DNA of 64,000 bases from Heptranchias perlo (GCF_035084215.1 NC_090340.1:2666001-2730000); one strand, 5' to 3'. Shown: positions 25,326 through 38,640, numbered from the stretch's first letter. Notes: generated by a model from the sequence alone, not told the origin. Program-made: numbers and translations.

Positions 25326-26169
25326 TATTTTCGTTCTCCGCTGGAATCCAATCACCTCATGCTCTTTGAATCAGTTGGGGCCACATGTAATTGCCCCTAG
25401 GTTCTTGGATTTTATATTGGTGCAGGCCTAGTAGTCTAACTCCTGCTCCTTATCATTCTTCTTTATGTAACCGAACAGGTTCATACGTATTCTTGTGGTA
25501 TTGATAGATCTGACAGATCTATCAATGTACTACTCAGTGTGTTGCCTTCAACTATTAGTTAAAGGCAACACATTGATTAGTACATTACATGCAATACTTT
25601 TATGTACACATAAGTAGAATATCGGGATGCTCGACCTTACACCTCACTCGGCAGTTCGCAGTCTTGAGACTCCACTTGTTCTAAACATACTTCAGATGGA
25701 CAATTCCTAAGCAAGGTCAGGTGATTTGTTTCTAACCCATTGGGGTAGATCTTGACTTTGTGCATATTATGAAGTCAATGGAAATAAAAATGGGGAGAGA
25801 TGTACAGAGGGCTGCCCATCCGCTATCACTCATTTCACACTATGGCACAAAGTCACGGGCAAACGTTATGTTATCCCTGTGTGTCATATGCTACTACACC
25901 AGTAGGTGCCAATGTTGCATCACATATATTTCATACTGGAATATGAAAGATATTTCAGCTGGAATGAGGATAGACTCCCAAAGATAAGTCACACATTTTT
26001 CCAGAGAATAGCAACTTAAACCAGACATATTGAACGATAGTGTAAAATGCGTGATAGCGGCTCGGCCACTTGTTAAACATCTTTCCTGATTTGCGTTTCT
26101 ATTGAATTCAATGAAAGGGGAGTTTAACAGGTGACTCACATAGGTTCCCAGTCCCCCAATGCCTCCAAT

Positions 26170-26522
26170 TTAAAATTCTCATATTGAGTTTAAATCTCCT
26201 CTCTATAACCTTCTCCAGCCCCCCAACAATTCTCTACTCCTCTGATTATGGACTCTTGGGCGTTCTGCCTTAATTTGCCCCAACATTGGTGGCCATGTCT
26301 TCATCTCTCTAGACCTTGTACTTTGAAATTCCTTCCAACCCCTCCAACTCTCCACCTCGCTCTCCTGCTGCAAGACCCCCATTGAAATCCAGCTTTTGAT
26401 CAAACCTCCTACCATCACCTTTTACGGCTTGGTGTCCATTGTTGTCTGATTACATCCCTGTGAAGTGGCTCGGGATGTTTTTCTAGTTGAAGACACAATA
26501 TAAATGCATTTTGTTGTTGTTG
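26170..26522 (+). mobile_element. L2-like LINE 3' fragment
   Basis: Homologous to the L2 segment at 22548-22745; ends tataaatgcattttgttgttgttg. Confidence 0.6.
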
Positions 26523-26800
26523 AAATGCAAAATTATAGATGTATATGAACGCCACCGTTTACCGACGTGTGCAATTTTATCATGACAATTTTACATAAGA
26601 CGTATCAACTCCAAATATGGACTAAGGAAATTGTAATGGAAATAAATTGACATAGAATTGTGATAAAAACGTGGGAACAGGGAGTAAGATTGACATAAGA
26701 TATTTAATATATCCTAGCTAGATTAATACCTACTGCAAGTGAATGCCCATTGAAACAATGCATTTTTCAAAAGTAACATTGTTACATGGAATTACACAGA

Positions 26801-29800
26801 AGCCAACTTCCTGGCACCACGGGTAGCTCTGCTGCACAGGCTGGGAGGAAAAAGAGTGGCAGAGCTATAGTGATAGGGGACTCAATTGTAAGGGGAATAG
26901 ACAGGCGTTTCTGCGGCCGCAACCGAGACTCCAGGATGGTGTGTTGCCTCCCTGGTGCAAAGATCAAGGATGTCTCGGAGCGGCTACAGAACATTTTGGA
27001 GGGGGAGGGCGAACAGCCAGCTGTCGTGGTGCACATAGGCACCAACGATATAGGTAAAAAAGGGGATGAGGTCCTAAAAGCAGAATATAGGGAGTTAGGA
27101 GGTAAATTAAAAAATAGGACCTCAAAGGTAGTAATCTCAGGATTGCTGCCAGTGCTACGTGCTAGTCAGAGTAGAAATAGGAGGATATTTCAAATGAATA
27201 CGTGGCTAGAGGAATGGTGCAAGGGGGAGGGATTCAAATTCCTGGGACACTGGAAACGGTTCTGGGGGAGGTGGGACCAGTACAAACCGGATGGTCTGCA
27301 CCTGGGCAGGGCCGGGACCGCTGTCCTAGGAGGAGTGTTTGCTAGTGCTGTTGGGGAGGGTTTAAACTAAAGTGGCAGGGGGTTGGGAACCTGAGCAGGG
27401 AGAGAGAGGAAAGCGTAACAGGAAGGGACAGAAGGTATGGAGTAATATGTAAAGTGTTAAAAAAGGAAAAAGCAGGAACTAAGCGTCACAAAACAGATTT
27501 GAAAGTTCTTTATCTGAATGCACGTAGCATTCGTAATAAAATGGACGAGTTAACGGCACAAATAACTACGTATGGGTATGATCTTGTGGCCATTACAGAA
27601 ACATGGCTGCAGGGTGACAACGACTGGGAATTAAATATGCCAGGGTATTTAACAATCAGGAAGGACAGGCAGGAAGGAAGGGGAGGTGGGGTGGCTATGT
27701 TAATAAAGGAAGGAATCACTGTAATACAGAGAAATGATATTGGGACAAAGCATCAAGATAATGAAACAGTTTGGGTGGAGATAAGGAATAATAAGGGAAA
27801 AAAAACATTAGTGGGCGTAGTATATAGGCCTCCTAATAGTTGCAACTCTGCTGGAAGAAGTATTAATCAGGAAATAGTCGGGGCATGTAATAAGGGAACA
27901 GCCATAATTATGGGGGATTTTAATTATCATATTAACTGGACAAATCAAATTGGGCACAGCAGCCTTGAGGACGAGTTCATTGAGTGCATCAGGGATGGAT
28001 TTCTTGAGCAGTATGTAACTGATCCTACAAGGGGGCAGGCAACCTTGGACCTGGTCCTGTGTAATGAGTCAGGATTAATTAATAATGTCCTAGTTAAGGA
28101 TCCCCTTGGAACGAGCGACCACAACATGGTTGAATTCCATATCCAATTAGAGGGTGATAAGGTTGATTCTCAAACAAGCGTACTGAGCTTGAATAAAGGA
28201 GACTATGATGGTATGAGAGCGGAATTGATTAAAGTGGACTGGGAAAATAGATTAAAGGGTAAGACGGTACATGAGCAGCGGTGTTCATTTAGGGAGTTAT
28301 TTTACAACTTTCAAAATAAATATATTCCACTGAGGAAAAAAGGGTGTAAAAGAAATGACAGCCATCCGTGGCTAAGTAAAGAAATCAAGGATAGTATCCG
28401 ACTAAAAACAAGGACATATAAGGTAGCCAAACTTAGTGGGAGGATAGAAGATTGGGAATTCTTCAAAAGACAGCAAAAAGTAACTAAAGGATTGATTAAG
28501 AAAGGGAAGTTAGATTATGAAAAGAAATTAGCAAAAAATATAAAAACAGATAGCAAGAGTTTCTATAGTTATATAAAAAGAAAAAGGGTGGCTAAGGCAA
28601 ACATAGGTCCCTTAGAGGATGAGACCGGGAAATTAATGGTGGGAAACATGGAGATGGCAAAAATGCTGAACAAATATTTTGTTTCAGTCTTTACAGTAGA
28701 GGACACTAAGAATATCCCAACACTGGACAAACAGGGGACTCTCGGGGGGGGGGAGGAGCTAAATACGATTAAAATCACTCAGGAGATGGTACTCAGTAAA
28801 ATAATGGGACTCAAGGCGGATAAATCCCCTGGACCTGATGGCTTCCATCCTAGGGTCTTGAGGGAAGTGGCAGTAGGGATTGTGGATGCTTTGGTGATAG
28901 TTTTCCAAAATTTCCTGGACTCAGGAGAGGTCCTGGCAGATTGGAAAACTGCTAATGTAACACCGTTATTTAAAAAGGGTAGTAGGCAGAAGGCTGGAAA
29001 TTATAGGCCAGTTAGCTTAACATCTGTGGTGGGTAAAATTTTGGAGTCTATTATTAAGGAGACAGTAACGGAACATTTAGATAAGCATAATTTAATAGGA
29101 CAAAGTCAGCATGGCTTTATGAAGGGGAAGTCATGTCTGACAAATTTGCTTGAGTTCTTTGAGGATATAACGTATAGGGTGGATAAAGGGGAACCAGTGG
29201 ACGTAGTGTATTTAGACTTCCAGAAGGCATTCGACAAGGTGCCACATAAAAGATTATTACTTAAGATAAAAAATCACGGGATTGGGGGTAATATTCTGGC
29301 ATGGGTGGAGGATTGGTTATCGAACAGGAAGCAGAGAGTTGGGATAAATGGTTCATTTTCGGACTGGCAACCAGTAACCAGTGGTGTTCCACAGGGGTCG
29401 GTGCTGGGTCCCCAACTCTTTACAATCTATATTAACGATTTGGAGGAGGGGACCGAGTGCAACATATCAAAATTTGCAGATGATACAAAGATGGGAGGGA
29501 AAGTAGAGAGTGAGGAGGACATAAAAAACCTGCAAGGGGATATAGACAGGCTGGGTGAGTGGGCGGAGATTTGGCAGATGCAATATAATATTGGAAAATG
29601 TGAGGTTATGCACTTTGGCAGGAAAAATCAGAGAGCAAGTTATTTTCTTAATGGCGAGAGACTGGAAAGTACTGCAGTACAAAGGGATCTGGGGGTCCTA
29701 GTGCAAGAAAATCAAAAAGTTGGTATGCAGGTGCAGCAGGTGATCAAGAAAGCCAACGGAATGTTGGCTTTTATTGCTAGGGGATAGAATATAAAAACAA

Positions 29801-30517
29801 GGAGGTATTGCTGCAGTTATATAAGGTATTGGTGAGACCGCACCTGGAATACTGCATACAGTTTTGGTCTCCATACTTAAGAAAAGACATACTTGCTCTC
29901 GAGGCAGTACAAAGAAGGTTCACTCGGTTAATCCCGGGGATGAGGGGGCGGACATATGAGGAGAGGTTGAGTAGATTGGGACTCTACTCATTGGAGTTCA
30001 GAAGAATGAGAGGCGACCTTATTGAAACATATAAGATTGTGAAGGGTCTTGATCGGGTGGATGCAGTAAGGATGTTCCCAAAGATGGGTGAAACTAGAAC
30101 TAGGGGGCATAATCTTAGAATAAGGGGCTGCTCTTTCAAAACTGAGATGAGGAGAAACTTCTTCACTCAGAGGGTGGTAGGTCTGTGGAATTTGCTGCCC
30201 CAGGAAGCTGTGGAAGCTACATCATTAGATAAATTTAAAACAGAAATAGACAGTTTCCTAGAAGTAAAGGGAATTAGGGGTTATGGGGAGCGGGCAGGAA
30301 ATTGGACATGAAGCTGAGTTCGGATCGGTCAATGCCCTATGGGTGGCGGAGAGGGCCCAGGGGCTGTGTGGCCGGGTCCTGCTCCGACTTCTTGTGTTCT
30401 TTAGATTTGTGGTTGGGATCAGATCAGCCATGATCTTATTGAATGGCGGAGCAGGCTCGAGGGGCCAATTGGCCTACTCCTGCTCCAATTTCTTATGTTC
30501 TTATGTTCTTATGTTCT
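26801..30517 (+). mobile_element. Young CR1 LINE, 5'-truncated within ORF1; ORF2 has a 1-nt frameshift near 29781
   Basis: ORF1 esterase part ends 27370; ORF2 pieces 27454-29787 and 29808-30311; (ttcttatg)3 tail; near-identical to 40313-44407. Confidence 0.97.
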
Positions 30518-31430
30518 AATTTACAGCACAGAAACAGGTCATTCAGCCCAACTGGTCTATGCCGATGTTTATTCTCCACATGAGTCTCCTCTCACTCTAA
30601 TTCCCTTCACAAACACGTATGCACCAAGACTTCCTTTAAATGTGTCAACGCTATCTGATTAAACCACTCCATGTGACATTTCCTCTAGAAATGAACCCCA
30701 TTACTTTTATTGCACTCTTTATGACCTTATCAATTTGCGCTGCTAATTCTGTTAATGTATCTCTATTCCCAGATCTCTTTGTTCCTCTACCCCATTTACT
30801 TTTTTACCCTCAAAGGAATAAGTGGCCTTATTATTCATCCTACCAGAATGAACCACCTCACAGTTTGCTATATTGAATTTTATTTGCCATTTATCCACCC
30901 ACTCTGCAAGCCTGTTCATGTCTTCCTGTGTTTTGGTGCAGTCCTCCACATTGTTAGCTATATCCCCCAATTTGGTATCATCTACAAATTTCAACACGAT
31001 GCCTCCGACTCCTGAGTCCAAATAATTTCTGTATACAGTGAACAACGGTGGTCCCAGCACGGATCCCTATGGGACACCGTTTCACACTTTCTGACAGTCT
31101 GAGAAACTTCCCTTAACTCCTACCCTCTGCTTTCTGTTCTGTCGCTATCTTTCAATCCATTCTGCTACCTGGCTCCTGACCTTTGTCACGAGTTTTTCAT
31201 GACGTACTTTATCGAAGGCCTTCTGAAATACATGCAGACCACAGCCACTGCATTTCCCTTGTCTACCCTTTTAGTTATAACTTCAAAGAGTTCGATAAGG
31301 TTGGTTAAACATAACCTTCCTTTTAGAAATCTTTGCTGACTATTTTTTATTATATTCTCCGTCTCTAGATATTTTGTTTCCCAACCTTTTAGCAAAGGTT
31401 CTAGTATCGTTCCTATATCTGACATTAAGA
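30518..31430 (-). mobile_element. Older CR1 fragments (RT and 3' end)
   Basis: LGPPLF.VY.NYLD..KFVDDTKLG and CLTNLIELFE on the minus strand. Confidence 0.85.
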
Positions 31431-33036
31431 CATCGCATTGTTTACATTTATTTTCAGCCAGTTTTTTCAAAGTAAGACAGCGTGCTACCATGCAGTGTTG
31501 AATAAACTGTAACTTGTCATTGATAACTTTAGGTAAATGTACTGACATGATTGTTTTATATATTGGGAGAGTACACGGTACTTTTACCTCTAGATTGAGA
31601 CTGAATCTACACCAACTGACCCTGAATGTCTCTCCATTCTCCCTACTGTGAGGGTCTTGCACGGAATGTTCTTGGCAAGCGTCGGCCCACACCATAAATT
31701 GACATTAAATTGGTAAACTCGCTGAAAGGGCACAAGAATGGTGGGTACAGGAAATGCTAATGTCGCACATGTGCCCGGTGATTTAGTGAGGCATATTTTG
31801 AGATAGAATAGAGGGAGCTCTCCACTGCCACCTATATCTGCCACGGTACAGCGTGAATCTAACATGGGTGGCATAAATAGACAAATGATTTTCTTTCCCC
31901 AGCACTTATATGCCTAACTTGAAAAACGAAGTTATTTGTTGAACGCTAAATCTTTTAACTAATTAGTTCACTGAAGGCTAAATTAAATATTACTAACATG
32001 GAACAACACATTGACTTTGACATTGAGTGGGGATCATAAATGAGTCAGCCGCTTGCTATGATTACATTTTATACTTTAATAGTTTTCTCCCTCGACAGGG
32101 AGTCATGAACATATCGGAAACATTACAATTAACGAGAAATAAACAGTAGAAAGATCAGCATCTGAAAAAGAAAGCTAAGCTGAAGTCTCGGATATAACCT
32201 CTCATGCCATTGATGTTAGATCCTATGGTGGTTTTCTCCCATTTTCTATTTTGATTTGAGATTGACAGAACTGTCGGGTTGGACTTTATTTTTTCGCTCT
32301 TTGTTCTGTTAGACGAGCCAAGGTTCTTTCCTTATTGATTCGCTTACGCTTTTCGTTCTCTTTAGGTTGTCATCTTTGGTAATAACCTATGCCATCCACA
32401 GCAATCAATTTTCAACCGTCCCTTCCATGGTCTGTAAAATCAAAGCGTTTTCCGGTTAACTGATGACCTGGATTAGTCAGCAGAGTGATGCATGAAAGCG
32501 AACGCGGTCAGCTGTAACTGAAGATTCAACGAATATGTTATTTGAATAATTAATATATCAATACCGGTATATCATTATTCAAATTGCACAATTTTTATTT
32601 CGAACCGTATCTTGCACAGTATTTTCTGCCAGTTCAGAGCGTCACCGAGGTGTGTAATTAAAAATTAATTAAAACTCTGTATCTAACCCGTGCTGCATTT
32701 ACCCTGGGAGATTTTGATCGGATAATGTAGAGGGAGCTTTACTCTGTATTTAAAACGTGATGTACCTACTCTGGCAATGTTTGCAGAGGGAAATTAGTTC
32801 ACATCCACCCCCTGCTGTACATGACTGGGAATGTTCAAAGCTGGTGTTGGGAATGATGAGGATTTGTTGATTTTGCTCAGTGGCCCCTCGTGCACATGAA
32901 AATAAACATTTACCAACAATCTAATCGTGCAAATTACAGGGTAATCGTGTAAGGCAAAGATTTGAAATATGCTCAGTTTTGGATCACATTCTTTTTACAC
33001 ATCAAGCATTTTCGAAAATGTACGAGAGAAACGCAC

Positions 33037-33080
33037 CCGTTCTTCGAAGTGTTGAGATCCCCCTTGGTCTCTGCGTGCGC
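33037..33080 (-). CDS. Ig receptor copy 1, cytoplasmic exon 1 (GARRDQGGSQHFEER)
   Basis: ttcattag acceptor, gtgcgt donor, 44 nt, phase 1/0; paralogous 44-nt exons at 51259-51302 and 60965-61008. Confidence 0.75.
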
Positions 33081-33513
33081 CTAATGAAATACAACATTTA
33101 ACTTTGACCGTGAATCAGGAAGTGAACCACCGAGAGCAGGGAAATCAAAATTAGTCTCAGCTGATAACATCTCGAAGATCACAGCTCATGAAAAGTTTTG
33201 AAAATTTCATCGCAGCTTCCCCCCCGCCCCCATCCTTGGTTGAACCGTCTTGTGTTAAAGTTCCTGAAATGAATTCAGCCTATAACACAGGGAAGCGAAA
33301 CACCACCGAAAAATGCAAATATCGGTGCTCGTTAATCATTTACTTTAAGTTCATTCACAAATCATCTATTTCAGATTATGGAACCAAATACAACGGTTCA
33401 ATATATCCACAGAATTCCCCATTAGCAGCTTTAACGCGCCTTCCTCTGCCCAGCATCATGTTCTCTTTTTATTACAAATGTATCACAATGAAACTGCAGA
33501 TTTGGCTCCTTAC

Positions 33514-33630
33514 CTTTACAGTAACTGAGTTGGTAACTCTTCCCAATGACGGCGACGAGGGCTAGAAATATCAGTGCACCCCCTGTACATCCAGAAATCA
33601 GTAGGTAAGGATGGTTCGGGTGCACACTGC
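33514..33630 (-). CDS. Ig receptor copy 1, transmembrane exon (SVHPNHPYLLISGCTGGALIFLALVAVIGKSYQLSYCK)
   Basis: AG acceptor, gtaagg donor, phase 1/1, hydrophobic helix followed by Lys. Confidence 0.88.
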
Positions 33631-34347
33631 CTACATGATTATTAATAATAATAATCATAATACCAGTACGACTAATCATGATAATAGTAATAAACAATGC
33701 CCACCTCTTCATTTTAGGCAGTGTTATGCAACCAGATTATTGAACGTGTTAGTTGTACGATTTATATATTCAGTGCCTCCAAGGCAGAGCACGAGGACTG
33801 AGACTGTTAACTTGTGCAAGCCGATTTACTTCGATATGTGAACAAAATATGTTTATTGATTCTTGTAAATTGCCTGCATTACATGATCAAAATGTAATTT
33901 GTGGATTTTCGTTGACAAGATAATGGTAAACTTTGAAGCTAAGAAGACTATGGCGCAAATTGCAGCCGCATTATTCATTCTCGGGTGATATCTCACGGAG
34001 AGCGCTGACACAGGGACTGATCTGTATCGGTAGCTTATTAATAAAGGAAAATACTTAAATGTATGAGAAAAATGCATTCTATCTATTTTCTCCGTGTTAA
34101 ATGAGGAGGAATTGAATCTGATGAAGGTTAGTTTAATTCAGTTTATAATTATAATCTCTAGAGTACACTATTCCTCTGATGGGAGACGTTTGCCTCTTTT
34201 AACCGTTTTACAAATCCGCAAATAGAAGCAATCTTTAAATTAACATTCTTTAAATAAATTGTATGCCAGAAGCATAAAGAAATTAGGGCAAATGAAGCAG
34301 ATTTAAAGTGATCAGTGGTTTCCAATATTAAAATGTCAGCATCTTAC

Positions 34348-34656
34348 CTGGGTTAGACGTGGAATCAAAGTAAACAGCCACGGCTGGACTCTGCAGTGTG
34401 AGGTGAGACACGACACAGGTATAGACAACCCCGCTCTGGGCTGGCTGTGTCGCTTTCAAACTGCTGGAAGCTTCATACATTCCTTCCGAATTCAGCTTTT
34501 TAGTATTGGTGATTCCAGTCACAATGTTGGTGTCATTTTTATACCAAGTGAAGGTGAGAGACTCCGGGTAGAACTCGGCTGTTGCACACACAAGCATCAG
34601 AGCAGATGAGTTGGTTCCGGACACTTTGGGGGACAGTCTCACAGGTTCTGGGGAAG
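34348..34656 (-). CDS. Ig receptor copy 1, C1-set domain exon
   Basis: LVCATAEFYPESLTFTWYK and YTCVVSH C1 signatures; ctgcag acceptor, gtaaga donor, phase 1/1. Confidence 0.93.
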
Positions 34657-35336
34657 CTGCAGAACAAGGCAGAGAATACACTGATTGTCTGGACTCTGCT
34701 AATTTAGTCCGGTTTGGCGCTCAGTCTTCTTGACTATAACGGCGTAACTCTCGGTCACAAGTACAGAGATAACCACTGACAGGAACTGACTTGGATTGGT
34801 AGGGTCGCCATTTGCTTGTTAGATGATAAGATGATTCCAATTCACACTTTGATTACTGAACAATTCGAAATAAGATTCTTCCCATAACTTTCTAGACTAA
34901 AATGCGAACGATTCACAACCGTGTTGCAGTAACAGGAGAATGTATTTCAGTGCGAGTAGACATTCAGGCCGTCGCTGCATTGTGCTTAGTCCACGGAAAG
35001 AATTAGATTTAGATTAAACTCAGCAGCTTTTTGCTCTGTTTTATTATTGAGCAGCGTTTAGTAAATAGGCAAAATTTATTCAGGTAATATCAATTCAAAC
35101 TGTTCGCGTTAAGAATTGCAAATTTGGAACAAAGGGGCAAAATCATTACCGCCCAGACAAGTGGAACTTTAACCCCGGGATTATTGTAGGGGCAGGAAAA
35201 AACATTTTGTCCAAAATTGTAAAAAGGAAAAAAAAACTTGCTGGAAATTTGGTTCTGATGAAATGGCGGGAAGTGAGATTTGAGGGGATCAACCATGGAT
35301 CTGAATGGCCAGTCACAGCCTCTTCCATCCTTCAAA

Positions 35337-36195
35337 CATTTCCTCCCAATTCAACTTTTAAATGGTGTTGACCCCAGTCACAATATTGGTGTCATTTTTA
35401 TACTATGTAAAGGTGAGAGACTCCGGGTAAAATACCGCCATTTCACACAATAGAGTCGGAGCAGATGAGTTAGTTTCGGACACTTTGGGAACTAGTCTCA
35501 CGGGTTCTGGGAAGCTGTGGAACAGCATAGAGAATACACTGATTGTTTAGACTCTGCTGATTTAGTCAGGTTTGGCGCTCAGTCTTCTTGAATATAACAG
35601 TGTGACTCTCGGCCACATGTACAGAAATAAACGACTGATCGAAATTCGCCATTTGTTTGTTGGATGATACGATGATGCCAATTCACACTTTGGTTACGTA
35701 ACAAATTCGAAATAAGATTCTCCCCATAACTTTCTAGATTAAAATACGGACGATTCAGGATCGTGTTGCAGTAACAGGGGAAAGTGTTTCAGTGGGATTA
35801 GACATTCAGGCCGTCGCCGCTTTGTGATTCGACTACGGAAAGAATTAGATTTACATTTCAAGTCAGCAGCTTTTTGCTCTGTTTTATTATTGGGCAGGTT
35901 TTAGTAAATTGACAAAACGTATTCCGGTAATATCAATTGAAACTGTTCGCGGTAAGATTTGTAAATTTGTTACAAACGGGCAAAATTATTACTGTCCAGA
36001 CAAAAGATATATTCATCCCGTGACCATTGTGGGTGCGGGAAAAATAATTTTGTCCAAAATTATCCAGAGATGAAAAAAACAACTTGCTGGAAATGTAGTT
36101 CTGAGGGAATGGCCGGAAGTGAGGTTTGAGCAAATCATCCATGGAGCTGAATGAGGGAAGTGGCTGAATGTCCAGTCACAGCCTCGTTCACCCTG
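35337..36195 (-). pseudogene. Tandem duplicate (~859-bp period) of the 5' half of the C1 exon plus upstream intron; pseudo-exon ~35337-35514
   Basis: Aligns to ~34478-35335; keeps an AG acceptor but has a 1-nt deletion and TGG->TAG at the conserved Trp. Confidence 0.85.
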
Positions 36196-36619
36196 ATACA
36201 TAGCAAGGCTAACATTAGACTGGGAATATATTATCACTGTCAAGAGGGCTCCTCATTCGTTTTTGTTAAGTTTATAATTGAAATCGAGAGTCACAGCCTG
36301 ACCTCTGTCCACAGAGCAGCGCGTGAGATACCTCGGAGAAGGCTGGTTCACAAACATTGGGTTCGACATTCTTGCAGTATAACTCCGGCTGGTGTCAAAT
36401 CTAGTTTTAAAAATACTATTTTAAACTTATCTGGAGTTTTTCAAATATTCCTAGATTGTAGACCCTCTGTTTCTGTTCTCTAAACGTATAACCATATATG
36501 TACAGAGCTCTCAAGCGGAAAGAGGAATCATACATCACACCTTGCAGTATTTGGTGTCATTATTGTTACAGTTACAATTCAGTCTTGTACTCAATGAACT
36601 GAGATAAAACCGATAGGAC

Positions 36620-37320
36620 CTCAAGGGATTTTACATGAATATTGGTTTGTGTGATTGGACTACCATAAATCTTTGAAAGTGGCAGGACAAGTTGCTAAAA
36701 CTAAAAAAAGCTTACAGCATCCTTGACTTTATTAATAGAGGCATAGAGTACATAAGCAAGGAAGTGTTGCTAAACATTTATTAGTCACTAGTTAGGCCTC
36801 AGCTGGAGTATTGTGTCCAATTCTGGGCACCACACTTTAGGAAGGATGTGAAGGCCGTGGAGAGGGTGCAGAGGAGATTAACTAGAATGGTACCAGGGAT
36901 GAGGGACTTCAGTTTTGTGGAGAGACTGGAGAAGATGGGGTTATTCTCCTTAGAACAGAGACGGCTAAGGGGAGATTTGTTAGATGTGTTCAAAATTATG
37001 GCGGGTTTTGATAGAGTAAATATAGAGAAACTGTTTCCTCTGGCCGGAAGGTCGTTAACCAGAGGACACAGATTGAAGATAATTAGCAAAAGAACAAGAG
37101 GGGAGATGAGATGAGTTTTTATGATCTGAATGCACTCCCTGAGAGGGTGGTGGAAGCAGATTGAATCGTAACTTTCAAAAGTGAACGAGGTATATACTTG
37201 AAAAGAATGAAATTGCAGCGTTACGGGGGTAGAGCGGAGGAGTGGGACAAATTGGATAGCTCTTGCAAAGAGCTGGCATCGATACGATTCCTGTGTTGTC
37301 GCATTCTACGATTCTATAAA
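36620..37320 (+). mobile_element. CR1 3' fragment in the V-C1 intron
   Basis: ERVQRRLTRMVPG..LFSLEQRRLRGDL motif. Confidence 0.88.
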
Positions 37321-38271
37321 ATTAGAGGCAGTTGCCTTCATTGTGACAAGAGTTTTAAAATGTATAGGAATAAATACATAGAAATTCAGGACGCGAAAAT
37401 ACTCTTTAGTCCAGCTGTCCATTCCCTCAAATATCGATCCAATACTCCCTTAAAAGTTTCTACAATATCTGCGTCCACTGGTCAGTCCGTTTCTCACATT
37501 CATCACCTTTTGCGTAAAGTAGTTACATCTAAACTCTCTGCCGACCTTCCTTCTGAAACGATTCAGCCACTGTCCACGGGTTGCCGTTTTTGTGGCAAAC
37601 TCGGGCTAACTATCTAATCTCATAATAATATTGAATACGTGAATAATATCTACAATGCGCCTCCTGTGGTGCAAAGCAAACAAGCACAGGCTCCTCAACC
37701 TCTCATCATTACTCAGATGCCTTAAGCTAGTTTTTAGTTTGGCTGCCCTGGTTGTACACTGCGTCCAATGCTTGTACATCCTCATTGTAGTTTGGTGATA
37801 GAATTGTACACAATATCCGTGACCATACCAGTATCTTGTACAAACTATTTTTCCCTATCCGTGTGGACAGTCACCCAAGGTCTCGTTTTTCTACCGCTTA
37901 CCACGCGTTTTGCTTCAGATCCCTCTTCTGTACAGTGTCCTGGAGCCCAGACATACTTAACTTATATATAATAAAGCATCATAATGGGTGATAACCGCGA
38001 TATAGCTTTAGGGCTGATTTTAAATAATGATCCCGAATAATCTTACATAAACTAACAACAGGGATAAATTCACTAAATAATCAAAACAACTTATGATAGT
38101 ATATACTTAGTTCTAGATAATTAAAACCCTTCACTTATACCTGTACTGTTAATATACAAACATACATGTACCAGAGATCGACTATTAGCAATGTTTGAAA
38201 AAAAAGCCTCAAAACGTAGCTCTCCGCCTCCTTTCGTTATTTTGGAATTCCCATGGTACAAGGCCTCTTAC

Positions 38272-38583
38272 CGTACACAGCAAGCTTCGATCCGGTTCCG
38301 TTTACGATCCTGTTTCCTGCGTATCTCACTCCGCAGTAATAGAATCCGGAGTCGGAGACACGCACACTCAGGATCTGGAAGGAAGCCTCTCCGCTTTTTA
38401 AATGAAAGAATCGTTTTCTGCCGTCAGAACCTGGGTTTAATAAGTGTTTGTCGCCAAGTCTCCACCAATAAACATTCACATCTGAATTATCCTGGAGAGA
38501 GCTCGTCAGACATTGGAAGGTAATGTCTGCACCTGAAATCACACTGGTGCTTTCAGGAGTTTGGAAAACTTCAGCGGGAGCAA
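38272..38583 (-). CDS. Ig receptor copy 1, V-set exon with germline-fused J-like strand
   Basis: ITFQC, VYWWR, DSGFYYC, NGTGSKLAV; ttatag acceptor, gtaaga donor, phase 1/1; no RSS seen. Confidence 0.93.
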
Positions 38584-38640
38584 CTATAAAACAGTAAAAA
38601 AACATTAATTACAAAATAAGGATAAAAGATAGTTAGGCAC

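Noticed and set aside
34348-38583. Rearranging Ig light chain or TCR locus
   Set aside because: V and J are fused, no heptamer/nonamer RSS seen, FGxG replaced by NGTG, and there is a TM exon plus separate cytoplasmic exons; no gene symbol assigned
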